A DNA stretch of 14,252 nt from NCBI GenBank assembly GCA_045105515.1, contig JBGCDR010000249.1, positions 1 through 14,252 of the forward strand. Direction: 5' to 3'. This stretch comes from Oligoflexales bacterium. GTDB lineage: Bacteria; Bdellovibrionota_B; Oligoflexia; Oligoflexales; Bog-1112. The notes under the pieces are model-generated. The model had not been told where the DNA came from. It did not search any database and was given only the letters and a program-made list of their open reading frames with translations. Shown one piece after another: positions 1-8,070 of this stretch (position 1 is the stretch's first letter; every line of letters starts with the position of its first letter). A program made the position numbers and the translations under genes.

Positions 1-94
1 CGCAGCTTCTTCAAAGTTAAGAGTCAGAATTGATAAGCTTCGTGATGAAATAGGTTACGCAGCAGCAGGTCTTTGGAACTATAAAATAACATAA
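1..94 (+). CDS. 3' end of a CDS entering from the left edge (…AASSKLRVRIDKLRDEIGYAAAGLWNYKIT*)
   Basis: Frame is open from base 2 to TAA at 92-94 with protein-like composition, and AT-rich intergenic sequence follows. Confidence 0.55.
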   Translation, partial: AASSKLRVRIDKLRDEIGYAAAGLWNYKIT

Positions 95-306
95 ATTAAG
101 CTACCAAAGGGTTTTATCAATTGTTAGACAACTCTAATATTATAGCATCACTTTGGAGTACATTTAGCTGGGTAGCCTTACAAGTACAATTTCAATCATA
201 ATCTAAATGCCGATATTTGAAGATTATGAAGTTATTATTATTACAAAATAATTACTGGACAAAAAGGTCAATTAAAACAGCATCAAATGGCAGTCGCGAG
301 ATTATC

Positions 307-335
307 TTAATTTTTTAAAAATTTTTTTCCGATAA
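307..335 (+). promoter_or_regulatory. sigma28/SigD-like promoter
   Basis: TTAAT(307-311)-N16-TCCGATAA(328-335), same spacing as four other copies in the window. Confidence 0.55.
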
Positions 336-477
336 CAGATTGATTATTAAATCAACTAGACTAAAAATTAGGTTTATTCAGGAATCGGACTATTTTCCTA
401 GTTAGTTTAAAAGAAACTGCAAGGAAAACCCTATCAATAGAATTAAATGATGGAAAGAAATAGTATACCAACTTCAT

Positions 478-570
478 ATGAAGAAGAAAACATTGAGTCA
501 TACAAATTTGCCGCAATTTCTGGTATTATCATTGGTCTTTCTGGCTGCTGCACTTTGTGTTTTATATTGA
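478..570 (+). CDS. candidate small membrane peptide, 30 aa (MKKKTLSHTNLPQFLVLSLVFLAAALCVLY); alternative overlapping frame 447..584, 45 aa
   Basis: Basic N-terminus plus a single hydrophobic helix, downstream of the 307-335 promoter motif. No clear RBS. Confidence 0.3.
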   Translation: MKKKTLSHTNLPQFLVLSLVFLAAALCVLY

Positions 571-576
571 TTGCTA

Positions 577-1260
577 TTATCTAGTTTTTATCTGTCCATA
601 ATACAAGGGACTTCGATATTCGAATATAGATAAAGTTTCAAATTTATGCCTCGAGGTAATAAAACAAGACTCATGAGTTTGATATTCGACCATTTGTTTG
701 TTCAAGTTAAGGTCGTATGACATGGCTGAGACTATATTCAACATTGCTTTATTATAGAGACTTGAAGAAGCTTCGTACATGGAGTCGACCTCTTTCTGCT
801 CACTCCAGTAGTTAAAGACATCTGTATTGGTTAAAAGATCTTAAGATTTAGGCGTAGCCATGCCTGAAGTTCGGTACATAGTGCCAGAATTGTGGCTGTA
901 GATACATTCGCCCAAATCAAGCCTCATATCGATACCATCTTAATGCAAAGGGTTGTAAATTATTGTCTTTGCACCATATATTTCGATTGAGTTAGCGATA
1001 CCTCAAAAATAATGGTTTTATTTTAGGATCATTTCCTTCTATACCTAGAAAAGAAAAATTTCTTTCCGCATCTTCAAAGGTATGGTCGATTAGATATTTA
1101 TATGAATCACGAAAAAATATATTATATACGAATTCTGAAATCTGAATATCATCACCGCTCTTCCTGGCAATAGCTTCGACCACATAGTTTCGGGCTGATA
1201 ATTTTCAGGTTAGTTTGCTTGGGTGTTTTTAAACTTCCTCATCTTTCGATGTAAAATAGT
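577..1260 (-). pseudogene. degraded gene of unknown function
   Basis: ORF fragments 992..1183 and 577..780 can be joined by one frameshift near 1000. The 577..780 frame extends upstream through in-frame TAA stops at 841-843 and 940-942 (GIANSIEIYGAKTIIYNPLH*DGIDMRLDLGECIYSHNSGTMYRTSGMATPKS*DLLTNTDVFNYWSEQKEVDSMYE…). Further stops occur upstream of 1183. The 5' boundary is approximate. Confidence 0.5.
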
Positions 1261-1426
1261 ATCATGCATCAGCATGCTCACATATATAATCTTATAAAAA
1301 GAACTTCAGGTTCAATCGCAAAACCTGATGTACTCGTCATTGATCAAGGTATTTTATGAAAAGAGTAGGCTGATCGCAAAATTTTAGCATTCGATTATCT
1401 TTATATAAAATAAGGTAAGGAAAAAT

Positions 1427-1777
1427 ATGTCCAAAATACTAATCGTAGACGATCATCAAGATACCATTGAAACTATTGAATCATGCATTAAAGACAATGC
1501 CACTAAGATTTACAAAGCTAATGATGCTAAATCTGGCTGGACCACCTTCAAAAAAGTGAAACCTGATCTTGTAATCACTGACTATGGCATGCCAGAAGTA
1601 GATGGATATGTCCTCGCATGTTTGATCGCAAAAGAAAGTCAATGTCCGGTGATCCTTGTAACTGGTTATGGGAACATTGATGAAAAGCTAAAATCACAAT
1701 TCGTCCATGTATTCCCGAAGCCATTTCCTATCGAAGATTTCATGAATACTGTTAAAGATCTACTAAAGCGTAGTTAA
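1427..1777 (+). CDS. single-domain response regulator (CheY-like receiver)
   Basis: ILIVDD acidic pocket, phosphoacceptor Asp in DLVITDYGMP, Thr in ILVTG, conserved KP(F). AAGGA RBS upstream. Confidence 0.93.
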   Translation: MSKILIVDDHQDTIETIESCIKDNATKIYKANDAKSGWTTFKKVKPDLVITDYGMPEVDGYVLACLIAKESQCPVILVTGYGNIDEKLKSQFVHVFPKPFPIEDFMNTVKDLLKRS

Positions 1778-1806
1778 TAAAAACCTCGCATATAGGACTA
1801 CCAAGC

Positions 1807-2028
1807 ATGACGACTCAGAAACAAAAAGATTTGAATGCAATTGACAAATCTATTCTTGAACTACAGAGTCAACTAAAGGTTGCACCAAATGAACAAGAGC
1901 ATGCTGAAACTTGGAATATAATTGATCGAAATCTAGAAATTAGAACTACTATTTTAATAAACAGATATGAAGAACTATCTTCGGATCAAATAAAACTCTT
2001 GAATCTAATCAGAAAAACATTTGGATAA
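1807..2028 (+). CDS. small helical hypothetical protein, 73 aa
   Basis: AGGA RBS, 29 nt after the receiver gene on the same strand, amphipathic helical pattern. Confidence 0.7.
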   Translation: MTTQKQKDLNAIDKSILELQSQLKVAPNEQEHAETWNIIDRNLEIRTTILINRYEELSSDQIKLLNLIRKTFG

Positions 2029-2260
2029 TAGATTTTCGATTTTTATAATGAGCCCCACATTTATTTTCTCCCCTAAATTATTGGATTTTCCTCCATGAAT
2101 TTCGATTCTTATTGCATCCTATAAGGATGTAACTGAGTTTTTTTCATCCTGCGACTCCTTACTCAAACCCTACTAATTTAATTACCGGCGTTAACCTTCT
2201 TAATTACTGATCCTTACAAAAATTCCTTTCGAAACTTCGAGAAATAGCCGAACTTATTGA

Positions 2261-2342
2261 TATGCAGTTGTTACTACTGTAATTTACTATTTTCAAATGA
2301 TCTTGTATCCTTTTTTAGTGGACCAACAGGGTCATTTTTTTT
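2261..2342 (+). ncRNA. candidate small RNA (5' hairpin plus terminator hairpin)
   Basis: TGCAGT/ACTGTA hairpin at 2263-2281, a 12-bp stem 2295-2306/2326-2337 with G-U pairs, and an 8-T run at 2335-2342. A GCCGAACT -10-like box lies at 2247-2254. Confidence 0.35.
2295..2342 (+). terminator. intrinsic terminator-like hairpin
   Basis: AAATGATCTTGT…ACAGGGTCATTT stem followed by a T tract. Confidence 0.6.
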
Positions 2343-2568
2343 AGCCTTTGCTTAAACGCATATTTTTTTACTCATACTTTAAATAATATCCTTGAACTCA
2401 CTTGGTTCAAGTGTTCTCTTCATGAAGGGGTTTTAGTTCCCTTTGGAGAGTCATGCTTTATTTTATATTTGAAGGGTAAAATAGAGAACTTGGGTTTGGG
2501 AGTCTTTCCAAATTGATGTACTGCTGATTACCAATACATTGCCAGTAGGGTGCGCATTTGTACCTACT

Positions 2569-3495
2569 CTATTCCAAAGATATCTGACAGGAATCATTTA
2601 TCCAAATACCTCCCTTAGCTTGGCAAATCTTAGCTTTCTTCATAACGTTGGGATTTGTTTTTGGGTTTGCCTTTGTGTTTGCCTTTACACCCGCCTTTGT
2701 GTTTGCCTTTGCGCTCGCTTTTGCACTTGCCTTTGTACTCGCCTTCGTGCTCGTATTCGTATTTGTACTAGCTTTCGCAGTCGCTTTAGGCTTAACCTTA
2801 GGCTTAACCTTAGGCTTAACCTTTGGTTTGTAAGCTTTAAATCCTAAAACTTTGTCAACTTTCGCAGAGGTAGTCATTGGTCCTATGATATTACTTTTTC
2901 CTCCTTCAGCAGTAGCTGCTCTGGTAGCAAAAGTATCTTCGGGAAAATCTTTAAAAAATAAAGAAGCTACTTTTCCAAGATGAGTTCTGATATCAAATGC
3001 TCCTGGACATCCATAGGATTGGTATTCATAGGAATCTCTTGGATTCGAAATATTCTGAAGTAGCATAAGGACCTTAAAACACCCAATAGAGCCATTATTT
3101 TCGCTCTCATAGTCAGAGGTCACAATCTTCATAGTATAGGTATCTTTACCTTTTTTAATTTTGCGAATGTTGTTTTCGTGAATTACTCCAATTTGTAATT
3201 GAGGACCACTCTTATTTCTTTTTTTAGCTTTCATGTCACGTATCCTATTTGAAACGTGATCTACTATTGCTCCATAAGTATACCTTAGCTTATTTTTTTC
3301 CTTGTCAGTTTCATATTTTGGTATTACGAACACTAGTAGTTTATCCGACTTAAGCAATTTCTTTTCATCTTCCTGTGGACTTAAAAAAAACTCGCTGCCT
3401 CGGAATCCTTTTGTTGCTACCCATGTGGACGATGAGTTCACGCAACTACTAGTTACGATAGACATAATCAAAAGCAGTAATTTATTTACTCGCAT
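2569..3495 (-). CDS. lipoprotein with Lys/Ala/Thr tetrapeptide-repeat tail and terminal two-Cys motif
   Basis: Signal peptide MRVNKLLLLIMSIVTSS-C and GGGG RBS. KPKV x3 is followed by KATA/KAST/KASA/KANT repeats, and the protein ends CQAKGGIWINDSC. Confidence 0.85.
   Translation of the reverse strand: MRVNKLLLLIMSIVTSSCVNSSSTWVATKGFRGSEFFLSPQEDEKKLLKSDKLLVFVIPKYETDKEKNKLRYTYGAIVDHVSNRIRDMKAKKRNKSGPQLQIGVIHENNIRKIKKGKDTYTMKIVTSDYESENNGSIGCFKVLMLLQNISNPRDSYEYQSYGCPGAFDIRTHLGKVASLFFKDFPEDTFATRAATAEGGKSNIIGPMTTSAKVDKVLGFKAYKPKVKPKVKPKVKPKATAKASTNTNTSTKASTKASAKASAKANTKAGVKANTKANPKTNPNVMKKAKICQAKGGIWINDSCQISLE
2645..2821. repeat. coding 12-bp tandem repeat (three exact TTAGGCTTAACC copies at 2786-2821, degenerate copies to ~2645)
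   Basis: Direct reading of the sequence; it encodes the K-x-x-x periodicity. Confidence 0.9.
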
Positions 3496-3576
3496 GGTTT
3501 TACCCCCAAAAAACTAAAGATGTTCATGCAGAACGTTGAGACTTCTAATCTTGGAAAGATCTAAGAATAGAACTGT

Positions 3577-3610
3577 TTAAGACATCAGTTACCATTTTAC
3601 TATGTCTTAA
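3577..3610. promoter_or_regulatory. inverted repeat, possible operator or hairpin upstream of 2569..3495
   Basis: TTAAGACAT-N16-ATGTCTTAA, perfect 9-bp arms. Confidence 0.3.
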
Positions 3611-4059
3611 TGCCCTCATCAAAACACCTGATTTAATTGGAGTAATATTTTTTTTGCTCTATCCGCCACTCAATAGCTAAATAAATGCATAGATAAAGTG
3701 TTTTCGGCGGCGGATTAATTAGCACAAGCACGCCCAAATTACATCGTTGTAATACGCAGTAAATTCTGAGATTTAGTAGTTAGCATGAGGAATTAACAAT
3801 TTTTCCTGGGAAGTTCTAACTTGAAAATTCCAGCTTTTGCTCATTGAATACCGCTACCATGACCCCTATACGGCTGATTCTTTTTTATTTCAAACTGGTA
3901 AATATCGATATTCACAATATCGCTCCTCAGAAATTTAAGTATTTTTTTTCTTGAAACAGGTTTGGGCAGTATATTTGGTGATTTTACCAACAATTATTAT
4001 ATTATACGTAAAGACTTAAATTTCACAGCAAATAGCCTTCCCGTTAGTTGTGCAATAAT

Positions 4060-4524
4060 TTACTGTTCATCATTGTAATCTGGGTCAGGATTGTTTATTT
4101 TCAGCCATTGTTTAGGGTTACTCTTAAATCGCTCGGCTTCATTACGAATATATTGGACATCTTTTCTCGAAGCATGATCTGACCAAATTTCTACATGCTT
4201 AAAGTCAATCTTATTACCTTCCACAACTCCGAATTGTGTTCCAGTATATATCCAATGTTCAAACGCCCGCTTCTGCTCACTAATCATAATACCGCGTAGC
4301 TCTAAATTAACAACGCCTCGGTACTGCAACCTAAAATCGTTGGTGAAAAATATGATAAATGCCCAAGAGAAAGCTAGCGGCTCCAGCAAATTCAAAATTT
4401 TAACCATTGAGGGAATAAAACTAAAGAGTATAGCTGTAATTAGCCAAAATAGAGCTAAAATCGCTCCAACATGATGAGCATAATTATGGAACCAATATTT
4501 ATAATTTATTTTATTTAAAAACAT
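4060..4524 (-). CDS. membrane protein, two predicted TM helices, unknown function (start revised from 4551)
   Basis: Hydrophobic segments VGAILALFWLITAILFSFI and LLEPLAFSWAFIIFF. A GGGGG RBS lies 9 nt before the ATG at 4524. Confidence 0.75.
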   Translation of the reverse strand: MFLNKINYKYWFHNYAHHVGAILALFWLITAILFSFIPSMVKILNLLEPLAFSWAFIIFFTNDFRLQYRGVVNLELRGIMISEQKRAFEHWIYTGTQFGVVEGNKIDFKHVEIWSDHASRKDVQYIRNEAERFKSNPKQWLKINNPDPDYNDEQ

Positions 4525-4572
4525 TAAGAGTGACCCCCTATTTTTTTCCATTATATTCCCTCTCGCTTTAAT

Positions 4573-4593
4573 AATAGATTTAATAAATCTATT
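4573..4593. promoter_or_regulatory. palindromic candidate operator between divergent genes
   Basis: AATAGATTTA-A-TAAATCTATT, perfect 10-bp arms. Confidence 0.35.
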
Positions 4594-4802
4594 TTACTCG
4601 AATCATCGGTTGTGCTGCATTATCTACACGAACAATAAAACCACAAATATCGCCAAGATAAATTACCCTGCCCTTCATCATTTCTTCCAGAGTCGTCTTG
4701 ACATGATTTTGGCTCTGTAGAATATAGCGACAACATAAACAGTAAGTTATTACTTAATTTATAGCATATAATCTTATATTAACATTACCTTATAAAGCTA
4801 CT

Positions 4803-4830
4803 TTTAGTCAGACATAAGCATCTCCGATAA
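4803..4830 (+). promoter_or_regulatory. sigma28-like promoter (partial -35)
   Basis: TCCGATAA at 4823-4830, 43 nt before ATG 4874. TTTAG lies at N15. Confidence 0.5.
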
Positions 4831-4873
4831 GTGTTATATACATCACAAAAAATTCATAATTAGGGGGTATTCT

Positions 4874-5371
4874 ATGAATTCAACACTCTTGTCGTTGGTA
4901 TTACTTTTAAGTTTATTTGGCTGCGGATTTGAAAATATTATTCCGGGCAGCAAATCAGAAAAATCAAATTCTCAGGAAGCTGGAGATGAAACAAATTCTG
5001 ATGATGGATCTCAAGGAAATTCTAACCCAGGGGATGAAGAAGATGATAAAGAAGACGAATGTAATTTTCACAGTTTGATATCCTCAACTTATGCAAGTGA
5101 TTTTGGTGACATCAAATTAGAGATCTCTTCAGATAATTCCGTTGAAGGCGATTACTCCTACGATGGCTATGAAGGAAAAATAGAAGGTTTATTTGATAAA
5201 AAGACCCTTAAAATTGAAGGAAATTATCGCGAGTTTAAGGAGAGAATCATTCTTCCCTCTTCAGAAGAGACCGGCAATTTTGTGATAGAATTTAGCGTTG
5301 ACGATTGTAAGCAGGTCAAAGTTGTTGAAAGTAGCTATCAAGAAGAAGGGGGGGAAGAATGGGAGCCTTGA
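4874..5371 (+). CDS. lipoprotein with acidic linker and beta-barrel-like C-terminal domain
   Basis: Lipobox LFG-C and GGGGG RBS. Gly/aromatic beta-strand pattern, similar to 6120..6782. Confidence 0.85.
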   Translation: MNSTLLSLVLLLSLFGCGFENIIPGSKSEKSNSQEAGDETNSDDGSQGNSNPGDEEDDKEDECNFHSLISSTYASDFGDIKLEISSDNSVEGDYSYDGYEGKIEGLFDKKTLKIEGNYREFKERIILPSSEETGNFVIEFSVDDCKQVKVVESSYQEEGGEEWEP

Positions 5372-5410
5372 GGAATTAGTGCCAAATAATATCTAATTTT
5401 GATAGTCCTA

Positions 5411-5440
5411 CCTGGATCTAAAATTCGGTCCAGGCTTTTG
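5411..5440 (+). terminator. hairpin terminator between convergent genes
   Basis: CCTGGATC-TAAAATTC-GGTCCAGG followed by CTTTTG. Confidence 0.55.
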
Positions 5441-5478
5441 TCATTAAGGATGGGCTATCTTCCTACCTCTAAATATTT

Positions 5479-5874
5479 TCAAAGATCTGGAATTTTTATA
5501 AGCTGACCTGGTCGAATCAAATTTGGTTTAATTCCAGGGTTAGCAGCCAATATATCATGCCACAATTCCTTATCTCCATAATAGCGAGCTGCTAATTTAG
5601 ATAACCAATCCCCACGACGAACCTTATGATTTTTAAACCGTGAATAAGAAGGATTCTCTGCGGATGGCTCTTCAAAAAGATCCGCTTCCTCAGAAGAGTC
5701 TTCTACGACTTCATCAAGGGGGAATAAGAAAGGTTCTTCATAAACAATTAGTTCAGTTGCAGATTCTTCATTCTCTTCATTCACTTCATCAGTGGTGGCA
5801 CATGATACAGAACCAAGAATAAATAATACGGCTATTAATTTTTTAGAAATTGATGAATTTAGTATTTCTCTCAT
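5479..5874 (-). CDS. LysM peptidoglycan-binding lipoprotein (start revised from 5889)
   Basis: Lipobox SVS-C and acidic linker. C-terminal LysM HKVRRGDWLSKLAARYYG…ILAANPGIKPNLIRPGQLIKIP. GGAG lies 9 nt before ATG 5874. Confidence 0.92.
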   Translation of the reverse strand: MREILNSSISKKLIAVLFILGSVSCATTDEVNEENEESATELIVYEEPFLFPLDEVVEDSSEEADLFEEPSAENPSYSRFKNHKVRRGDWLSKLAARYYGDKELWHDILAANPGIKPNLIRPGQLIKIPDL

Positions 5875-6119
5875 TATGAATGACTCCATTATAGATTTAT
5901 CTAGAAACTAAGCAAGATAAATGCCGAAGCCAAGCACCTAATATTTAGCATTTTTTTTAATGAAGTGTGTCTAGTAATTGGAATGTGTCAAATAAATATA
6001 CATTAAAATATTGATGATGTTTTTTAGCGAGTGTTCAGATTTAACGAATTATTGGGAATTAAAAATCTACAGCACAAATTTTCGATAGACATACTCAAGG
6101 ACCTAGCTTCGGCTTTTTC

Positions 6120-6782
6120 TTATGGACGAAAGCAGAAATAATCTTCTTGATCAAACCAGCCTTCCAATTCATCTTTTATCTCAATTTGTTTGGTGTTTGG
6201 ATCATTGATAAGTGTAAGGTTCCAATCTTCAATCCAATTGCCGCTTGTACCATATCGCCACTTACCAATTAGATCAATATTTCCAGTTTTATCACCTTCA
6301 AAAACAAATTCTGCTTCACCGTAGTCATCTTCGCTCTTTGCTCGGTACTTTTCATTATTTTTATCTACCTCACACCACCAAGCTGTCACTTTCCCTGTAT
6401 CCGGATCATATTTACCTGTTAATGTACCCTTGCGATAATTGTAAGTTCCTCTAACATTATTGCTACTATCTATCTTCAGTACTAGTTCATTCCACTTCTC
6501 ATTGTCATAAAAACCATTTACAGTACTGCTTATTTCTCCTTTTAGAACCTCAGATGATGAACTATCTTCATCTATAGGAGCTACTTTATTATCTTCTTTA
6601 TTTTTCGGTGCTGGATCCTTTTCAATCACTTTTACTACTTCGCCTTGAATATCTCCAGATTCGGTATTCTCCACTTTTTTGCTGTCATCTGCACTGCGCA
6701 TTTTTGCTGAAGAGCATGCAAACCCAAACAACAAAAAAATCAAAAAAACTATATTAGATACAGTGTTATTAACATTAACCAT
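6120..6782 (-). CDS. lipoprotein with Trp/Gly-rich beta-barrel-like domain
   Basis: Lipobox GFA-C, charged linker, and VRGTYNY…GTLTGKYD…AWWCE…GEAEFVF…GKWRY strands. Confidence 0.85.
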   Translation of the reverse strand: MVNVNNTVSNIVFLIFLLFGFACSSAKMRSADDSKKVENTESGDIQGEVVKVIEKDPAPKNKEDNKVAPIDEDSSSSEVLKGEISSTVNGFYDNEKWNELVLKIDSSNNVRGTYNYRKGTLTGKYDPDTGKVTAWWCEVDKNNEKYRAKSEDDYGEAEFVFEGDKTGNIDLIGKWRYGTSGNWIEDWNLTLINDPNTKQIEIKDELEGWFDQEDYFCFRP

Positions 6783-6814
6783 AGCGAGCCATTCTTACTT
6801 AAAAATTTACTATC

Positions 6815-6843
6815 TTATCGGAAAAACTGATCTGTTTTCTTAA
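6815..6843 (-). promoter_or_regulatory. sigma28/SigD-like promoter
   Basis: Minus-strand TTAAG-N16-TCCGATAA, about 30 nt upstream of the 6120..6782 start. Confidence 0.65.
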
Positions 6844-6984
6844 TATTTTAGTTAATTAAGCTATATTATTACAAATTTTCAATGATAATATTGCAAGATC
6901 AAATTTTATTAGAGTCTTGTAGGTCGGATTATTATTGCTAGTCTTTGTGAGTTTCGCCGTGAGTGAGTCAAAACTGCTTGTGAC

Positions 6985-8070
6985 CTACTTTAGATAGTCT
7001 TTTTGAGGAGATCTCTGTAATGCAGAAACACATTCAAAGTGAGCTGTACTAATTGGCTCCCCTTTAATAAGTGCATCATCGAAAGCGCTGGTCACCATGG
7101 GTTTTATATCAGCGGGTGAAAAACTACTAAAGACCCGAGCGATGTCTAACTTATGAGTTTTATGTTCAATCAAGCTAAAGTCCATATCCGGATAATTTTT
7201 CTTACTATTAGCAAAAAACATATCTAACAATGGAACTATTTCATGTTCTCTCGGTTTTTCAACTTCAATTTTGCTCGGTAGCCTTCTACCTAGCATGGCT
7301 TCATCTATTAGACTTGGTCTATTGGTTGCTATGATAATTACGTAATTTTTAGAAGCAGATCCAGTCAAAGAAAGAAAATGGGAAAGAAAATCTGCATGAT
7401 CTTTGCTGGTGTTAGTTTTTCTTGACTCAAACATGATTTCTGCCTCATCGAAGAAAAGTACTACCTTTCTCTTGTCAAACATTGATTGAGAATTTGCCCA
7501 TTTAAAAAGCTTAGTCAACCGTGTTGTTTTCTCTTCTTTAAATGGCTTAAACGAACTGCCTGACATAAGCGCGTAGGTAAACCCTTTTCTATTTCCTATT
7601 CTCTTGGCTATTTCTGTTTTTCCCGTACCTGGTGCTCCCATCAAAAGGAGACTTGGCAATTCTCTTTTCTGTTTTATCGCTAAATCTAATCGAGCAATGT
7701 AACTGTCAAGCTTACTCTTAGTATTTTTCGGATATATAAGGCCCTTAAATAGGTCCTTATGTGGAGTTCTTGGTTGAAACAAAATATTAGGGCCATACTT
7801 TGCAGTAGGAGGTTTAAAGAAAATATTGTCTACATATCCTTGGACAAAGGGATAAAGTAATGACGTGAAAACTGCAGACACTATCTGAGCTCTCGCATTG
7901 AATAACATAAGGTCTGAGCCCACCGAAGATGCTACGTTTGAGGTAGCAACTGAAATACTCTGACCAAGTGTAGAAGAAGCCTTAGTAGCTGTTGATAGAT
8001 TCAAAAAGAACCAGGTCGTTAAACATAGTAAAATAAACCTAAAATCAAGGATTCTTGTGTGCTTCATCAT
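6985..8070 (-). CDS. membrane-targeted AAA+ ATPase, ATAD3-like (start probably ATG 8070 or 8067)
   Basis: Walker A GAPGTGKT (7615-7638), Walker B LFFDEAE, sensor-1/SRH IATNRPSLIDEAMLGRR. Also YALMSG, KLFKWAN and FLSLTG segments, an N-terminal signal-like helix, and a second hydrophobic helix. Confidence 0.9.
   Translation of the reverse strand: MMKHTRILDFRFILLCLTTWFFLNLSTATKASSTLGQSISVATSNVASSVGSDLMLFNARAQIVSAVFTSLLYPFVQGYVDNIFFKPPTAKYGPNILFQPRTPHKDLFKGLIYPKNTKSKLDSYIARLDLAIKQKRELPSLLLMGAPGTGKTEIAKRIGNRKGFTYALMSGSSFKPFKEEKTTRLTKLFKWANSQSMFDKRKVVLFFDEAEIMFESRKTNTSKDHADFLSHFLSLTGSASKNYVIIIATNRPSLIDEAMLGRRLPSKIEVEKPREHEIVPLLDMFFANSKKNYPDMDFSLIEHKTHKLDIARVFSSFSPADIKPMVTSAFDDALIKGEPISTAHFECVSALQRSPQKDYLK

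Noticed and set aside
209..216. GCCGATAT sigma28-like -10 box
   Set aside because: No TTAA element at the N16 spacing and no clear downstream gene.
841..942. Stop-codon reassignment as the explanation for in-frame TAA codons
   Set aside because: TAA, TAG and TGA all terminate intact genes in the window, so decay is the simpler explanation.
2786..2821. TTAGGC-containing tandem repeat as a CRISPR array or telomere-like repeat
   Set aside because: No spacers, 12-bp unit, and in-frame coding for KPKV.
2539..2847. Plus-strand ORFs 2539..2847 (Cys/Arg-rich) and 2648..2833 (strikingly hydrophobic FVFAF repeats)
   Set aside because: Antisense shadows of the Lys/Ala 12-bp repeat in 2569..3495.
4698..4723. 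TTGACA…TAGAAT sigma70-like promoter
   Set aside because: The spacer is only 14 nt.
5964..5991. Minus-strand TTGACA upstream of the LysM gene
   Set aside because: The -10 match is poor (CACACT at 16 nt).
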